Origin: an uncultured delta proteobacterium
Lineage (GTDB): Bacteria; Myxococcota; Myxococcia; Myxococcales; 40CM-4-68-19
DNA: 64,000 nucleotides
Assembly: GCA_903911145.1 (NCBI GenBank)
Contig: CAIWCD010000014.1
Coordinates: 186,001 to 250,000 of the forward strand
Reading direction: 5' to 3'
Shown here one piece after another: positions 37,418 to 46,415 of the stretch. Numbering within the stretch: the first letter of the stretch is position 1; each line of letters opens with the position of its first letter. Below the pieces are notes generated by a model, which saw nothing but the letters and a program-made list of their open reading frames with translations, was not told the DNA's origin and did not search any database. The position numbers and the translations under genes were made by a program.

Positions 37418-37897
37418 CTAACCCTGGCCGTCGTTGGCTGCGTACGTGAGGATGGCGAGCTTCTTCGCGGCGGCCTTCGCGCTCGCGCCGTAGTTGATGG
37501 CGTTCGAGGAGAGGGCGACCATCGCGTGGTCGGAGTCGACGCGGTTTCCATCGAGACCCATCGCGCCACCCGCCTCGACGAGCGGGACCGTGTTGTTCAG
37601 CGGCGGCGCCGGCAGCGAGAGTGAAACCGGCGGCGCGAACGGGTCGGACTGGTCCTCACCGCCGAGCGAGAAGGAGTCGAGCTGGCTCGGGTTGACCGGG
37701 TTCGAGAGGTGCGAGTGGTGCGCCGACTGCTCGAGCTGCTGAGCTGCCGTGTGCATCGCGCCCTCGAAGTCGAGGTCCTTCGCCTGGTAGCCCGGCGTGT
37801 TCGCGTTGGCGAGGTTCGATGCGAGGAGATTCTGGCGCTCGAGCCGGACATCCATCGAGCGTTCGAGGATCGATAGCGTGGCGTCGAAGAGGGGCAT
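37418..37897 (-). CDS. flgB: Rod protein FlgB
   Basis: RQNLLASNLANANTPGYQAKDLDF, DGNRVD. Probable start ATG 37897. Confidence 0.95.
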   Translation of the reverse strand: MPLFDATLSILERSMDVRLERQNLLASNLANANTPGYQAKDLDFEGAMHTAAQQLEQSAHHSHLSNPVNPSQLDSFSLGGEDQSDPFAPPVSLSLPAPPLNNTVPLVEAGGAMGLDGNRVDSDHAMVALSSNAINYGASAKAAAKKLAILTYAANDGQG

Positions 37898-37910
37898 ACC
37901 CGAGGACAAC

Positions 37911-37926
37911 TGCGCGAAGCGTGCCA
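37911..37926 (-). promoter_or_regulatory. Candidate sigma54 promoter of the flgB operon
   Basis: TGGCACGCTTCGCGCA: perfect -24 element and GG-N10-GC spacing. Confidence 0.65.
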
Positions 37927-37999
37927 GCTCGGATCTGACGCGTCTGCTGGCGGTTTTCTCCTCTGGGAGAGACGAGCGCGTGCGCGCTGCCAGCTCCCG

Positions 38000-38031
38000 A
38001 TCGTGCCCGTGACGTCAAGCGGCTGACGTCA
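38000..38031. promoter_or_regulatory. Candidate activator boxes upstream of the flgB promoter
   Basis: TGAC|GTCA-AGCGGC-TGAC|GTCA, i.e. two TGACGTCA at 38010 and 38024, 14 bp apart. Confidence 0.62.
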
Positions 38032-38057
38032 ATCGAAGGCGTGACGCGAATCCATCG

Positions 38058-39482
38058 TCAGCGTTTCGAACGGGAGCTGCGGCCGGGCGGTGCGGTGATG
38101 CGTGAGCGCAGCAGCATCGAGTGGGCGATCACCAGCGCGCTGTTCGACTCGTCGGTCTCGAGGTCGGCACCGAGCAGCTGCGTGCGTGAGGCCGCGGGCG
38201 CGTTTACCGGACTGTCAGGGGGCAGCTGGCGCACTTCGGCGGGCGTCAAGTGAGTGCTCGCCCACGACCACATCACGTGCGCTCGCACCGGATCGCTCGC
38301 GGCCAGATAGAGCGCGATCGTCTCGCGCGCGTGGGTGAGCAGTTCGCTGCGGCTCGCCAGGCGCGCGGTCGAGGAGAGGAGCGTCGCCCCATACTCCGGA
38401 GCACCGAGTTCGCCCGCATCCTCGCCCGCTGCCCGCGCCATCTCGGCGGCGAGCGGACCTTTGAGGAACTGAGGCAGCCGCAGATAGGTCGAGAGCGACG
38501 TCTCGCGCGGACAGTTCGGCGTCCGCAGCGCCGCGAGCACCATGCGACGACAGAGCATCGTCGCGTCTCCCATGCAGACGGTCGGCGAGGTGTCGAGCAT
38601 GTTCGCAAGCTGATCCATCGCTGCGCCCCAGCGTCCGAGCAGTGCGTACGTGCGCACCTGCCGCATCAACATCTCGGCCCGCAGAATGTCCGGAAGGCCG
38701 ATTGGATCGAACACCTGCGAGTTCGGATTGCGGTAGCAGAGGCCGGTCAGTTCGCAGATGCGCTCGGTCGCGACGCGACCCCACGGCCCTTCGTCTCCTG
38801 CCATGCTGAAGTACTCGAGCGCCTTGTTCGGGTCGCGGTGCCGCATCGCGATGTCGCCCAGGCGCAGCGCGGAGTAGCGCACGGTCTGCTCGTGATTGAG
38901 GCCGAGCACGAGCAGCGCCTGCGCCTTGACATACTGTTTCGCCTCGTACGCGCACTCGGCGAGTGCGGCGATGGTGTCGCCGGGGCAGGCGCTGCCAAGA
39001 CCGATCTGCTCGGGCGGATACGAGAGGAGCGGTGGTCCATCGTCGCCGTCGCTGGTGGGGATGCCGCGCAGTTCACGCAGGTCGAGATACTGGTGGCCCT
39101 TCGCCGTGACGATGGCCGCGTCGATTCGCTCTGTCGTGCAGTGCAGCACCAGCTCATCGCTGAGTGGATTGACCGGCCGACAAGGGGTGTCGTTGAGCTC
39201 CAGCCGCGCGCGCAGCGGGGCGCCCGAGGGCGTGAGGATTTCGATCAGCCCCTCGAACACCGAGAGGCGCACATGCAGCACGGGCGAAGATGGCAGAGTG
39301 ATTCGATGTGCCGCGGCCGTGGTCGAGGCTGCGAATCGGGGTGGCGGTTTCGCCTCGAGGATCGTCGGCACTTCCGCGCCGGTGTCGACGAGGTTGGCGG
39401 GAGCAGCCAGAGACGCGGACGCGCCGAGCATGGCGACGAGCGCCAGCCCTCGCACGCAGCGCTCTGCCGCTCCTGGGCTCAT
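38058..39482 (-). CDS. Exported helical-repeat (TPR-like) protein of unknown function
   Basis: Signal peptide (ASLA-A); ALAECAYEAKQYVKAQ and LRLGDIAMRHRDPNKALEYF TPR-like helices; start overlaps the activator stop. Confidence 0.65.
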   Translation of the reverse strand: MSPGAAERCVRGLALVAMLGASASLAAPANLVDTGAEVPTILEAKPPPRFAASTTAAAHRITLPSSPVLHVRLSVFEGLIEILTPSGAPLRARLELNDTPCRPVNPLSDELVLHCTTERIDAAIVTAKGHQYLDLRELRGIPTSDGDDGPPLLSYPPEQIGLGSACPGDTIAALAECAYEAKQYVKAQALLVLGLNHEQTVRYSALRLGDIAMRHRDPNKALEYFSMAGDEGPWGRVATERICELTGLCYRNPNSQVFDPIGLPDILRAEMLMRQVRTYALLGRWGAAMDQLANMLDTSPTVCMGDATMLCRRMVLAALRTPNCPRETSLSTYLRLPQFLKGPLAAEMARAAGEDAGELGAPEYGATLLSSTARLASRSELLTHARETIALYLAASDPVRAHVMWSWASTHLTPAEVRQLPPDSPVNAPAASRTQLLGADLETDESNSALVIAHSMLLRSRITAPPGRSSRSKR

Positions 39483-40582
39483 CTCGCGAGGCCCTCTGTG
39501 TCGCTGGCGGGCGTCGGCTCGCGCGCGCCCTTGGCTGGCTCGCGTCCCCAGCGGCGCAGTTTCTCCACGAGCGTCGTGCGCTGCAAACCGAGCAGCTCCG
39601 CGGCGGCTTTCCGACTTCCCTGTGCGCGGGCGAGCGCGGCGTCGACGTACGACTCCTCGAGCGCGCGCAGGTAGGCCGGCAGATCGATCGGGAGCGAGAG
39701 CTCCGGGGTCGAGAGGATGCCGCCATCTTCAGGCTGCACCAGGCGCATCCCCGACTCGCGAGAGGGCGGTGGCTGCGAAAGTTTCGCCGCCGTCGAGGGC
39801 TGTCCGCGCACATGCTCGGGCAGGTGGGTCACTTCGATGCGCGTGGCCGTGACGCAGACGGAGATGCGTTCGACCAGATTCTGCAGCTCTCGCACGTTCC
39901 CTGGCCACGCATAGCGGCTGAGGACCTTCATCGCCTCGGGGGCGATTTCGCGCTGCTCGTTGCGGGCCTGCCAGTAGTGCTGGATGAGCTGCTCGACATC
40001 TCCAGGCCGGTCGCGCAGGGCCGGCAACTGCATCGGGCAGACATGCAGGCGATAGAAGAGATCGCGGCGGAAGCGGCCAGCCTCGACCTCGGTGGAGAGA
40101 TCGCGGTTGGTCGCGGCGACGAGGCGGAACGTTGCCCGCACCGAGGTCGTCGCACCGACCGGCTCGTACGTCTTCTCCTGCAGGACGCGCAGCAGCTTGA
40201 CCTGCATCTGGAGGGGCAGTTCGCCAATCTCATCGAGGAAGAGCGTGCCGCCATCGGCGTGCGCGACGCGCCCCTTGCGTGTGGCGTGCGCGCCTGTGAA
40301 CGCGCCCTTCTCGACACCGAAGAGTTCCGATTCGAGCAGCTCGGCCGGAATGGCGCCGCAGTTGACCGGGACGAACGGGCCCGCGGCAAAGTTGCTCGCG
40401 GTGTGCACGAGGCGCGCGAAGACCTCCTTGCCCGTGCCGGTGTCCCCCATGATCAGCACCGTCGAGTCGCTGTGCGCGATCGTGCGGCACTGCGCCTCAA
40501 GCTCTTCGAGCGGGGAGCCCTTGGCGTAGACAAGCTCGGGCTGCATGCGGCGCACTGGAGGTCGGGGAGCTGGGGGATTCAA
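39479..40582 (-). CDS. sigma54-dependent activator, FleQ/FlrA-like, lacking an N-terminal regulatory domain
   Basis: GDTGTGKE, GAFTGA, LFLDEIG, WPGNVREL, and Fis HTH LLGLQRTTLVEKL. GGAGG lies directly upstream of the TTG start. Confidence 0.88.
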   Translation of the reverse strand: MNPPAPRPPVRRMQPELVYAKGSPLEELEAQCRTIAHSDSTVLIMGDTGTGKEVFARLVHTASNFAAGPFVPVNCGAIPAELLESELFGVEKGAFTGAHATRKGRVAHADGGTLFLDEIGELPLQMQVKLLRVLQEKTYEPVGATTSVRATFRLVAATNRDLSTEVEAGRFRRDLFYRLHVCPMQLPALRDRPGDVEQLIQHYWQARNEQREIAPEAMKVLSRYAWPGNVRELQNLVERISVCVTATRIEVTHLPEHVRGQPSTAAKLSQPPPSRESGMRLVQPEDGGILSTPELSLPIDLPAYLRALEESYVDAALARAQGSRKAAAELLGLQRTTLVEKLRRWGREPAKGAREPTPASDTEGLAR

Positions 40583-40614
40583 TCAAACCTCCTGCGGGCA
40601 GCAAGGGCCCAACC

Positions 40615-40641
40615 GACGTGACGTCACGTCAGGCAGATGGC
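40615..40641. promoter_or_regulatory. 16-bp palindrome plus candidate activator box in the activator's own leader
   Basis: GACGTGACGTCACGTC (40615-40630) overlaps GTCA-N6-TGGC (40628-40641); a TACAAT -10-like hexamer lies on the minus strand at 40657-40662. Confidence 0.55.
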
Positions 40642-40816
40642 GCGAACAACAGCAAAATTGTAGCCAACCGATCATCGACTGTTCGAATTGGAAGCGAAGG
40701 GTCGTGTTCATGAGCTTCTGGTTCCTGTCTCCAACTCGAAGGTTGGCCGAGTTGATCGCTGCGGAAGCGGAGCTGCGGAGTGCTGTTGATGGCGACCCTC
40801 CAGCTGGATGCATGAC

Positions 40817-40848
40817 GCCACCCAGCTGACGGACGTCATGGTGATGGC
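40817..40848. promoter_or_regulatory. Two more candidate activator boxes in the activator/kinase intergenic region
   Basis: GCCA-N6-TGAC (40817-40830) and GTCA-N6-TGGC (40835-40848). Confidence 0.5.
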
Positions 40849-40997
40849 GACAGAAATCGTCAGATCACCAGTGAACGTGCGCCAACCCTATGGCGATCGA
40901 TTCCCGGAAATCAAACTTTTGACCCGGCGAAACACGCGAGACTGCTACAAGGCAAGAGCGGGGCCGATGGTCATCCACTTGCAGAGGTCGTGAGGCA

Positions 40998-42914
40998 ATG
41001 TTGACCGGATCGATGCTCGGCGCCGACGCAGCCCTCGCTCACAGCGCGATGCAGGAGCTGATGAATGAGCTGCCGCTTGGCGTGATCCAGCTCGACGAAT
41101 CCCATCTCCTCGGGCGCTGCAACCCGATCGCACAGCAGCTGCTCGAAAGTGCGGTGGGGATCGAGCTGCTCCTCACCCTCGACAAGATGGCGACGCGGGC
41201 GGCCGCTTGCGGGCAGCTCGTCGAGACCGTGATGACGGCCGGGCCGATCGGGGAGCTGCGGATTCTGCTCGCGCGCAGCGAGGGCGTGAGCGGGTTCGTT
41301 GCATATGTCGAGAGGTCGGCGACCGCGCGGCTGCGCGCTGAGATCCAGGTTCTGCGCGCGCTGCTCGAGGCGGTGACGGTCGAGAGTTCGGTCACCGATG
41401 CGATCCAGCCTGGGCTCGAATCGCTCGCGGGCACTCTGACTGCGGGCTGGGTGGCGCTCTTCGAGAGCGATTCGGATGGGTTGGCTCTGCGGCCGCTCGC
41501 CCATGTCGGCGTGCCGCCGGAGCATCGGACCTATCTTCTGCCGCACGAGATCTCGGCCACGTCCAGCGCGGTCGGGCGCGCGGCGCTCACGGGCGCGCCG
41601 GTGCATCTGCGCGTGCTGTCGCGAGGGCCGTTCGCAGCAGAGCGGGCGCTGATCGGCGGCGAGAAGTTTGCCGGGCTCGCGCTGCCCGTTCGCGGCGGCG
41701 ACAAGATGCTCGGGGCGCTCTTCGTCTGCGGGCCGATGGGTCTGCTCGGAGAAGGAGAGATTCGTCTGGTGCAGGGACTCGCGGACGCGGTCGGGGCGCT
41801 GTTGCAGCGCGCTCGGAGCGACGGGGCGATCAAGCGCGAGCAGGAGGCGCGGCAGACGCTGATGGACAACCTGCCCGATGCGATCGTCGAGAGCGGCGCG
41901 CAAGGAACGATCGTTGTCGCGGCAGGTCGGGTGCTCGCGATCCTCGGTCGGAGCGCCGCCGATCTCCTCGGTGCGCCCATCGAAGAGCTGGTGGCGCCGG
42001 CCGATCGCATCGCGTTCGCCGCCAGGCTGCGCGCGGCCTCGCTCGATTCCGCCGCGCTTGGCGAGTTCACGATCGTCCATCCGAACGGCGCCCAGGTTCC
42101 GGTCGAGGTGTCGCTTCAGCGCGCGGCGCCCTCGAGCGATCTGTCGGTCCGCGCAGTCTTCCGCGATGTCTCCCAGCGCAAGAAGCTCGAGGCTGACGTC
42201 GCGCACGCGCGGGAGATCTCGGTGCAGCGCGAGCGGCTGGCTCTGATCGGACAGCTCGCCTCTGCAATCACGCACGAGATCAACAATCCGCTCGCGTTCG
42301 TGCGCTCCAACATCGAGCTGCTCGAGAGCCTCGCGCCGACGCAGCTCTCCGGGCCGGACGCCGCGCGCGGCAAGATGGTGGTCGAGGCGCTGCACGACTC
42401 GCTTGCGGGGCTCGATCGCGTCAATGCCATCATCTCGGCGCTCAAGGGGATGGCGCGCAAGAACACGCGTGAGGTGGTCGAGTTCGATCCATCGACGCCG
42501 ATCCACGAGGCGATCCTGATCTTCGAGCGGGCGCGTCACGGCAGTGGTCACGTCCAGCTCACGCTGCCGGCGCTGCCGATGGTGATGGGCTCGTCGAGCG
42601 GCCTGGCTCAAGTGCTGCTCAATCTCCTCGACAATGCGCTCGAGGCGAACGCCGGCAAGGGGCTCATCAGCGTGCAGTGCGCCGAGGAGGGCTCGTCGGT
42701 GGTGATTCGCGTGCGCGACCGCGGGCCGGGGATTACGCCGGACGTGCGTGCACATCTCTTCGAGCCCTACTTCACGACCAAGCTACCGGGGACGGGCATG
42801 GGGCTCGGGCTCTATCTGAGCCGCGACATTCTTGAGGCGTCCGGCGGGTCGATCGAACTCGAGTCGACGACGGATGAGACCGTCTTTCGTGTGACGTTGC
42901 CGCTCGCGAAGTAA
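40998..42914 (+). CDS. Cytoplasmic GAF-PAS sensor histidine kinase
   Basis: H box THEINNPL, N box QVLLNLLDNA, DRGPGI, FEPYFTTK, GMGLGL; no TM segments evident. Confidence 0.92.
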   Translation: MLTGSMLGADAALAHSAMQELMNELPLGVIQLDESHLLGRCNPIAQQLLESAVGIELLLTLDKMATRAAACGQLVETVMTAGPIGELRILLARSEGVSGFVAYVERSATARLRAEIQVLRALLEAVTVESSVTDAIQPGLESLAGTLTAGWVALFESDSDGLALRPLAHVGVPPEHRTYLLPHEISATSSAVGRAALTGAPVHLRVLSRGPFAAERALIGGEKFAGLALPVRGGDKMLGALFVCGPMGLLGEGEIRLVQGLADAVGALLQRARSDGAIKREQEARQTLMDNLPDAIVESGAQGTIVVAAGRVLAILGRSAADLLGAPIEELVAPADRIAFAARLRAASLDSAALGEFTIVHPNGAQVPVEVSLQRAAPSSDLSVRAVFRDVSQRKKLEADVAHAREISVQRERLALIGQLASAITHEINNPLAFVRSNIELLESLAPTQLSGPDAARGKMVVEALHDSLAGLDRVNAIISALKGMARKNTREVVEFDPSTPIHEAILIFERARHGSGHVQLTLPALPMVMGSSSGLAQVLLNLLDNALEANAGKGLISVQCAEEGSSVVIRVRDRGPGITPDVRAHLFEPYFTTKLPGTGMGLGLYLSRDILEASGGSIELESTTDETVFRVTLPLAK

Positions 42915-42948
42915 GGCTGGGCGCGGCCGGGCGCGATCTTCCGCGTCG

Positions 42949-44424
42949 CTAGGCCGAGCGGACGGCGTTGCGGCCGCTGCGCTTGGCCTCGTAGAGCGCG
43001 TGGTCAGCGCGTTCGAGCAGCCCCGCCGCGTCTGCCGTTTCCGGCACGTAGGAAGCGACTCCGATCGAGATGGTCGGGAAGATCGGCGGCTCTCCGGTCG
43101 CGAACTCAATCGGCGCCTGCGAGACGGAGCGGCGCAGTTTTTCGGCCACCTCGAGCGCTTCCGTGTGGGTCACGCGGGGCAGGACGATGCAGAACTCTTC
43201 GCCGCCGAAGCGGGCCACGGTGTCGACCTTGCGCACGTTGCGCTTGAGCGCCAGCGCCACGCTGCGCAGCACGATGTCGCCGACGGGATGGCCGTGCTGG
43301 TCGTTGATCGACTTGAAGCGATCGAGATCGACCATCAGCAGAGAGAGCTCGTCGCCGAAACGCAAGCTGCGGGTCCACTCCTGCTCGAGGCGCTGGAAGA
43401 GCTGGCGACGGTTGGGCACACCCGTGAGCGCGTCGGTGTACGAGAGCTCGAGCATCTGCGCGTAGAGGCGCGCGTTCTGGATGGCGAGACCGGCCTGCGC
43501 GGCGATCGCCTCCGCGATGCGGATCTCCTGCGGCCGGAACGCGGCGACCTCGGGGCGGCTCAGGTTCATCACGCCGACGATGCGTCCCTTGGCCTGAAGC
43601 GGGATGGCAAGAAATGACCCCGTGCTGCGCTGCAGTCCCTTGTAGTGGAGGAAGCGATTGTCCTGATCGACATCCGGGACGTAGACGGTCTGGCCGCGCG
43701 CCACGGCATCGCCGACGACTCCTTCGCCGATGGAGAAACGCATCCCGCGCGCTGAGGCCGGGGCCTTGCCCGCGACCGCTTCGATCACCAGCTGCTGCGT
43801 CGTCTCGTCGATGAGCAGGACGGAGAAGTCATTGACGCCGAGCTGCAGACAGGTGTGGCGACCGAGCTCCTCGAGTTGCTCGCGCAGGTCGAGCGTGCCC
43901 GAGAGACTGCGCGACACCTCGAGCACCAGCTCCATCTCGCGGGCGTGTTCACCGAGCTGCGCGTTGGCCTGCTTGAGCTCGCCTTGCAGCACCAGCTCGC
44001 GCTCCATCAGGGAGAGCTTCTGCTGCTGCTCGATCTCCGCGACGGCCATGTCGGTAACTTTCGCGAGCATGCTGTTGAAAGAGCCCGCGAGCTGGCCGAG
44101 TTCGTCGTCGCTGCCCACCTTGGCGCGGATGAGAATCTCGCCCGCTTCGGCGCGGCGCATCGCGAGCATCAGCGCCTGGATCGGCTTGAGGAGAAAATGG
44201 CGGGCCGCGAGAGCAACGGCGATCCCCGCGAAGGTGAGCGTGAGCAGCGCGCCGATCACCGCGCCCTGGCGCAGCTCGTCGAAGGCCCGCTCAGGAGCGT
44301 AGCGGGCGAGCTTCTGCGAGTGATTGATGATGCCCCAGAGCCCAAGCAGCAGCGCCGCGGCCGACGGCACGGCCGCGGCGAGAATCAGCTTGAAGGCGAG
44401 TGAGCGGCGGATCCCCGGGAACAC
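42949..44424 (-). CDS. Membrane diguanylate cyclase (2TM-HAMP-GAF-GGDEF)
   Basis: DELGQLAGSFNSM (HAMP), TDALTG, DLDRFKSIND, RKVD I-site and intact GGEEF. Confidence 0.94.
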   Translation of the reverse strand: MFPGIRRSLAFKLILAAAVPSAAALLLGLWGIINHSQKLARYAPERAFDELRQGAVIGALLTLTFAGIAVALAARHFLLKPIQALMLAMRRAEAGEILIRAKVGSDDELGQLAGSFNSMLAKVTDMAVAEIEQQQKLSLMERELVLQGELKQANAQLGEHAREMELVLEVSRSLSGTLDLREQLEELGRHTCLQLGVNDFSVLLIDETTQQLVIEAVAGKAPASARGMRFSIGEGVVGDAVARGQTVYVPDVDQDNRFLHYKGLQRSTGSFLAIPLQAKGRIVGVMNLSRPEVAAFRPQEIRIAEAIAAQAGLAIQNARLYAQMLELSYTDALTGVPNRRQLFQRLEQEWTRSLRFGDELSLLMVDLDRFKSINDQHGHPVGDIVLRSVALALKRNVRKVDTVARFGGEEFCIVLPRVTHTEALEVAEKLRRSVSQAPIEFATGEPPIFPTISIGVASYVPETADAAGLLERADHALYEAKRSGRNAVRSA

Positions 44425-44439
44425 GAATCGACTCTATCA

Positions 44440-45750
44440 GTGTTGACGCTCGCTCGGGCGGACAGGCACGTTGGCGCACCTGTGACGCCCGACCTCCCTC
44501 TGAGAGCAGACACCTCGACCGCTTCCGCTGCTGGGCGCAGCGATGGCCCGCGCCTCGCGGGAGGGCGTTTGGCTGCGGAGATCTTTGCTCGCGCGAGACC
44601 AGATTACCGCTCCGCATGGCGCTCGTTTCGTGCGCGCGCGACCGCACTGGGCACGGCTCTTCTGCTGTTCGGCGCGGCCGCGAAGGGCGAGGAGATCCGC
44701 ATCGAGGTCACGCGCGGGAGGGCCGCGGCGAGCTTCTCCGGGGCGGGCGCGAACGCGACGCAAGGGACGCAGGCGCAAGCCTTCACGCTGTCCGAGCGCG
44801 CAGAACACGGGCTCTCGGCCTCGGGTGCGGAGTTGCTGCTCGATGGCGCGAGAGTCGCGCAGCCGCTCCTGGTGCGACCCGGAGCGTCTCCGCTCCTTCT
44901 CGAGGGCAAGCCGCTGCCGGGGCGCATCGAGGTCTGGGCGGAGCAGGGCGCGCTCATTGTCGTCAACGCGCTCGATCTCGAGGAGTACGTCTCTGCCGTG
45001 GTGTCGAGCGAGATGCCGGCGCGCTGGCCCGCGGCGGCGCTCGAGGCGCAGGCCATCGCGGCGCGCACCTACGCCGTGGCGCAGAAGATCTCGAGCGGTC
45101 CGGGCGCGCGCGCGCATCTCGGCGCGTCGGTGCTCGATCAGGTCTACGCGGGCGCGGCCCATCCCGAGAGCGGTGCGAGCGCGGCGGCGAAGGCGACGTA
45201 CGGGAAGGTCCTCACCTGGAACGCGGCTCCGATCGCGGCCTACTTCTCGGCCTCGTGCGGCGGCAAGAGCGAGAGCGCCGAGGGTGCGTTCGATGTTCCG
45301 CCGGGGAGCACGCCCTACCTGCGCGTCGAGGATGACGGCGACTCGGATGCGGCGATGCCGCGCGCGGAGTGGATGGTGCGCATTCCTCTCGCGACGATTT
45401 CGCAGACGCTGCAGCGCGCGGGCCGGCTGCATGCGGCGGTGACGAGCCTCGCGGTGACCGAGACGACGTCATCCGGGCGCGTGCGGAAGATCAAGCTGGG
45501 CGCGGCCGGGAACAAATCGGTCGCGATGAAGGGGGCGGAGTTGCGGCAGTTGCTGGGCTATTCGACGCTGCCCTCGCTGGCGTTCAAAGTCGAGGTGGAG
45601 AAGGGCGATGCACTGTTCCGCGGGCGCGGCAGCGGGCACGGCGTCGGTCTCTGCCAGTGGGGCGCGCGCGCGCGGGCGGCCTCGGGCGAGACGGCCGAGC
45701 AGATCCTCGCGCACTACTATCCGGGAGCGGAGATCAGGCAGATGTATTGA
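44440..45750 (+). CDS. SpoIID/LytB-domain peptidoglycan lytic transglycosylase (true start probably downstream)
   Basis: VNALDLEEYVSAVVSSEMP, LEAQAIAARTYA, DQVY, GHGVGLCQWGA, ILAHYYPG. Confidence 0.9.
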   Translation: MLTLARADRHVGAPVTPDLPLRADTSTASAAGRSDGPRLAGGRLAAEIFARARPDYRSAWRSFRARATALGTALLLFGAAAKGEEIRIEVTRGRAAASFSGAGANATQGTQAQAFTLSERAEHGLSASGAELLLDGARVAQPLLVRPGASPLLLEGKPLPGRIEVWAEQGALIVVNALDLEEYVSAVVSSEMPARWPAAALEAQAIAARTYAVAQKISSGPGARAHLGASVLDQVYAGAAHPESGASAAAKATYGKVLTWNAAPIAAYFSASCGGKSESAEGAFDVPPGSTPYLRVEDDGDSDAAMPRAEWMVRIPLATISQTLQRAGRLHAAVTSLAVTETTSSGRVRKIKLGAAGNKSVAMKGAELRQLLGYSTLPSLAFKVEVEKGDALFRGRGSGHGVGLCQWGARARAASGETAEQILAHYYPGAEIRQMY

Positions 45751-45788
45751 CGCTCGATTGAAGCGAGCTTCAGATTCTGAATCTTGAT

Positions 45789-46349
45789 TCAGAATGCCAG
45801 CGGCCAGACGTCTCGCACGGGCCGCACGTCATGCGGTGGCCCCTCGGGCTGTAGCGACAGCTCCCAGAATCCGACGTCGTGCCAGCGGTCGAACTTCCAG
45901 CCGCAGCGATGGAGGATTCCCACTTGAGTGAAGCCGAACTTCGCGTGCAGCCGCTCGCTGGGCGGATGCGGTGACGTGATGCCGGCGAAGAGCTGCACAT
46001 ATCCCTGAGCGCGCAGGATGGGCAGGAGCTTGCCGTAGAGCGCCTGCGCGACGCCGCGCCCGTGCCAGGGCTGCGCGATGTAGACGGAGAGCTCGGCGCA
46101 GAAGCGATAGGCCCCGCGCGGTTTGTAGGGGCCCGACTTGGCGAAGCCAACGACACGGCCGTCGCTGCGCGCGACGAGCCATGGGTGCTGTTCGTGCGTG
46201 CGTGCGTAGAGCGCAAGCCACTCGTCGAGCGGCTCCGGCGCGGTGGCGAAGTTGGCCGGCGTCTCTGCCGCGGCCCAGTTGGCGATCGCCAGGATCTCCG
46301 CGACATCGTCGCGGCCGGCCAGCTCGATGGTGAAGGGCGATTCGCTCAT
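45789..46349 (-). CDS. GNAT N-acetyltransferase, phosphinothricin/methionine sulfoximine acetyltransferase-like
   Basis: AYRFCAELSVY, GRGVAQALY, SERLHAKFGF, GWKFDRWHDV. Confidence 0.88.
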   Translation of the reverse strand: MSESPFTIELAGRDDVAEILAIANWAAAETPANFATAPEPLDEWLALYARTHEQHPWLVARSDGRVVGFAKSGPYKPRGAYRFCAELSVYIAQPWHGRGVAQALYGKLLPILRAQGYVQLFAGITSPHPPSERLHAKFGFTQVGILHRCGWKFDRWHDVGFWELSLQPEGPPHDVRPVRDVWPLAF

Positions 46350-46415
46350 CCGCTCATTCTATCTGCGCCAACGGGCCACGTGGAGCGGCAGCGTTGTTTG
46401 CTACATTGACGCCCC

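Noticed and set aside
40943..40971. GCCGATGG upstream of the kinase as a sixth sigma28 promoter
   Set aside because: The -35 position reads CTGCTAC, a poor match to the other five.
40583..40997. Long intergenic region checked for a riboswitch or sRNA
   Set aside because: No c-di-GMP riboswitch or other known RNA motif recognised; only short stems (e.g. CAACTCG/CGAGTTG). An Rfam scan would be needed to exclude one.
45751..45788. Short palindromes between the convergent SpoIID and GNAT genes
   Set aside because: Stems are only 5-6 bp and AT-rich with no U tract; not enough to call a terminator.
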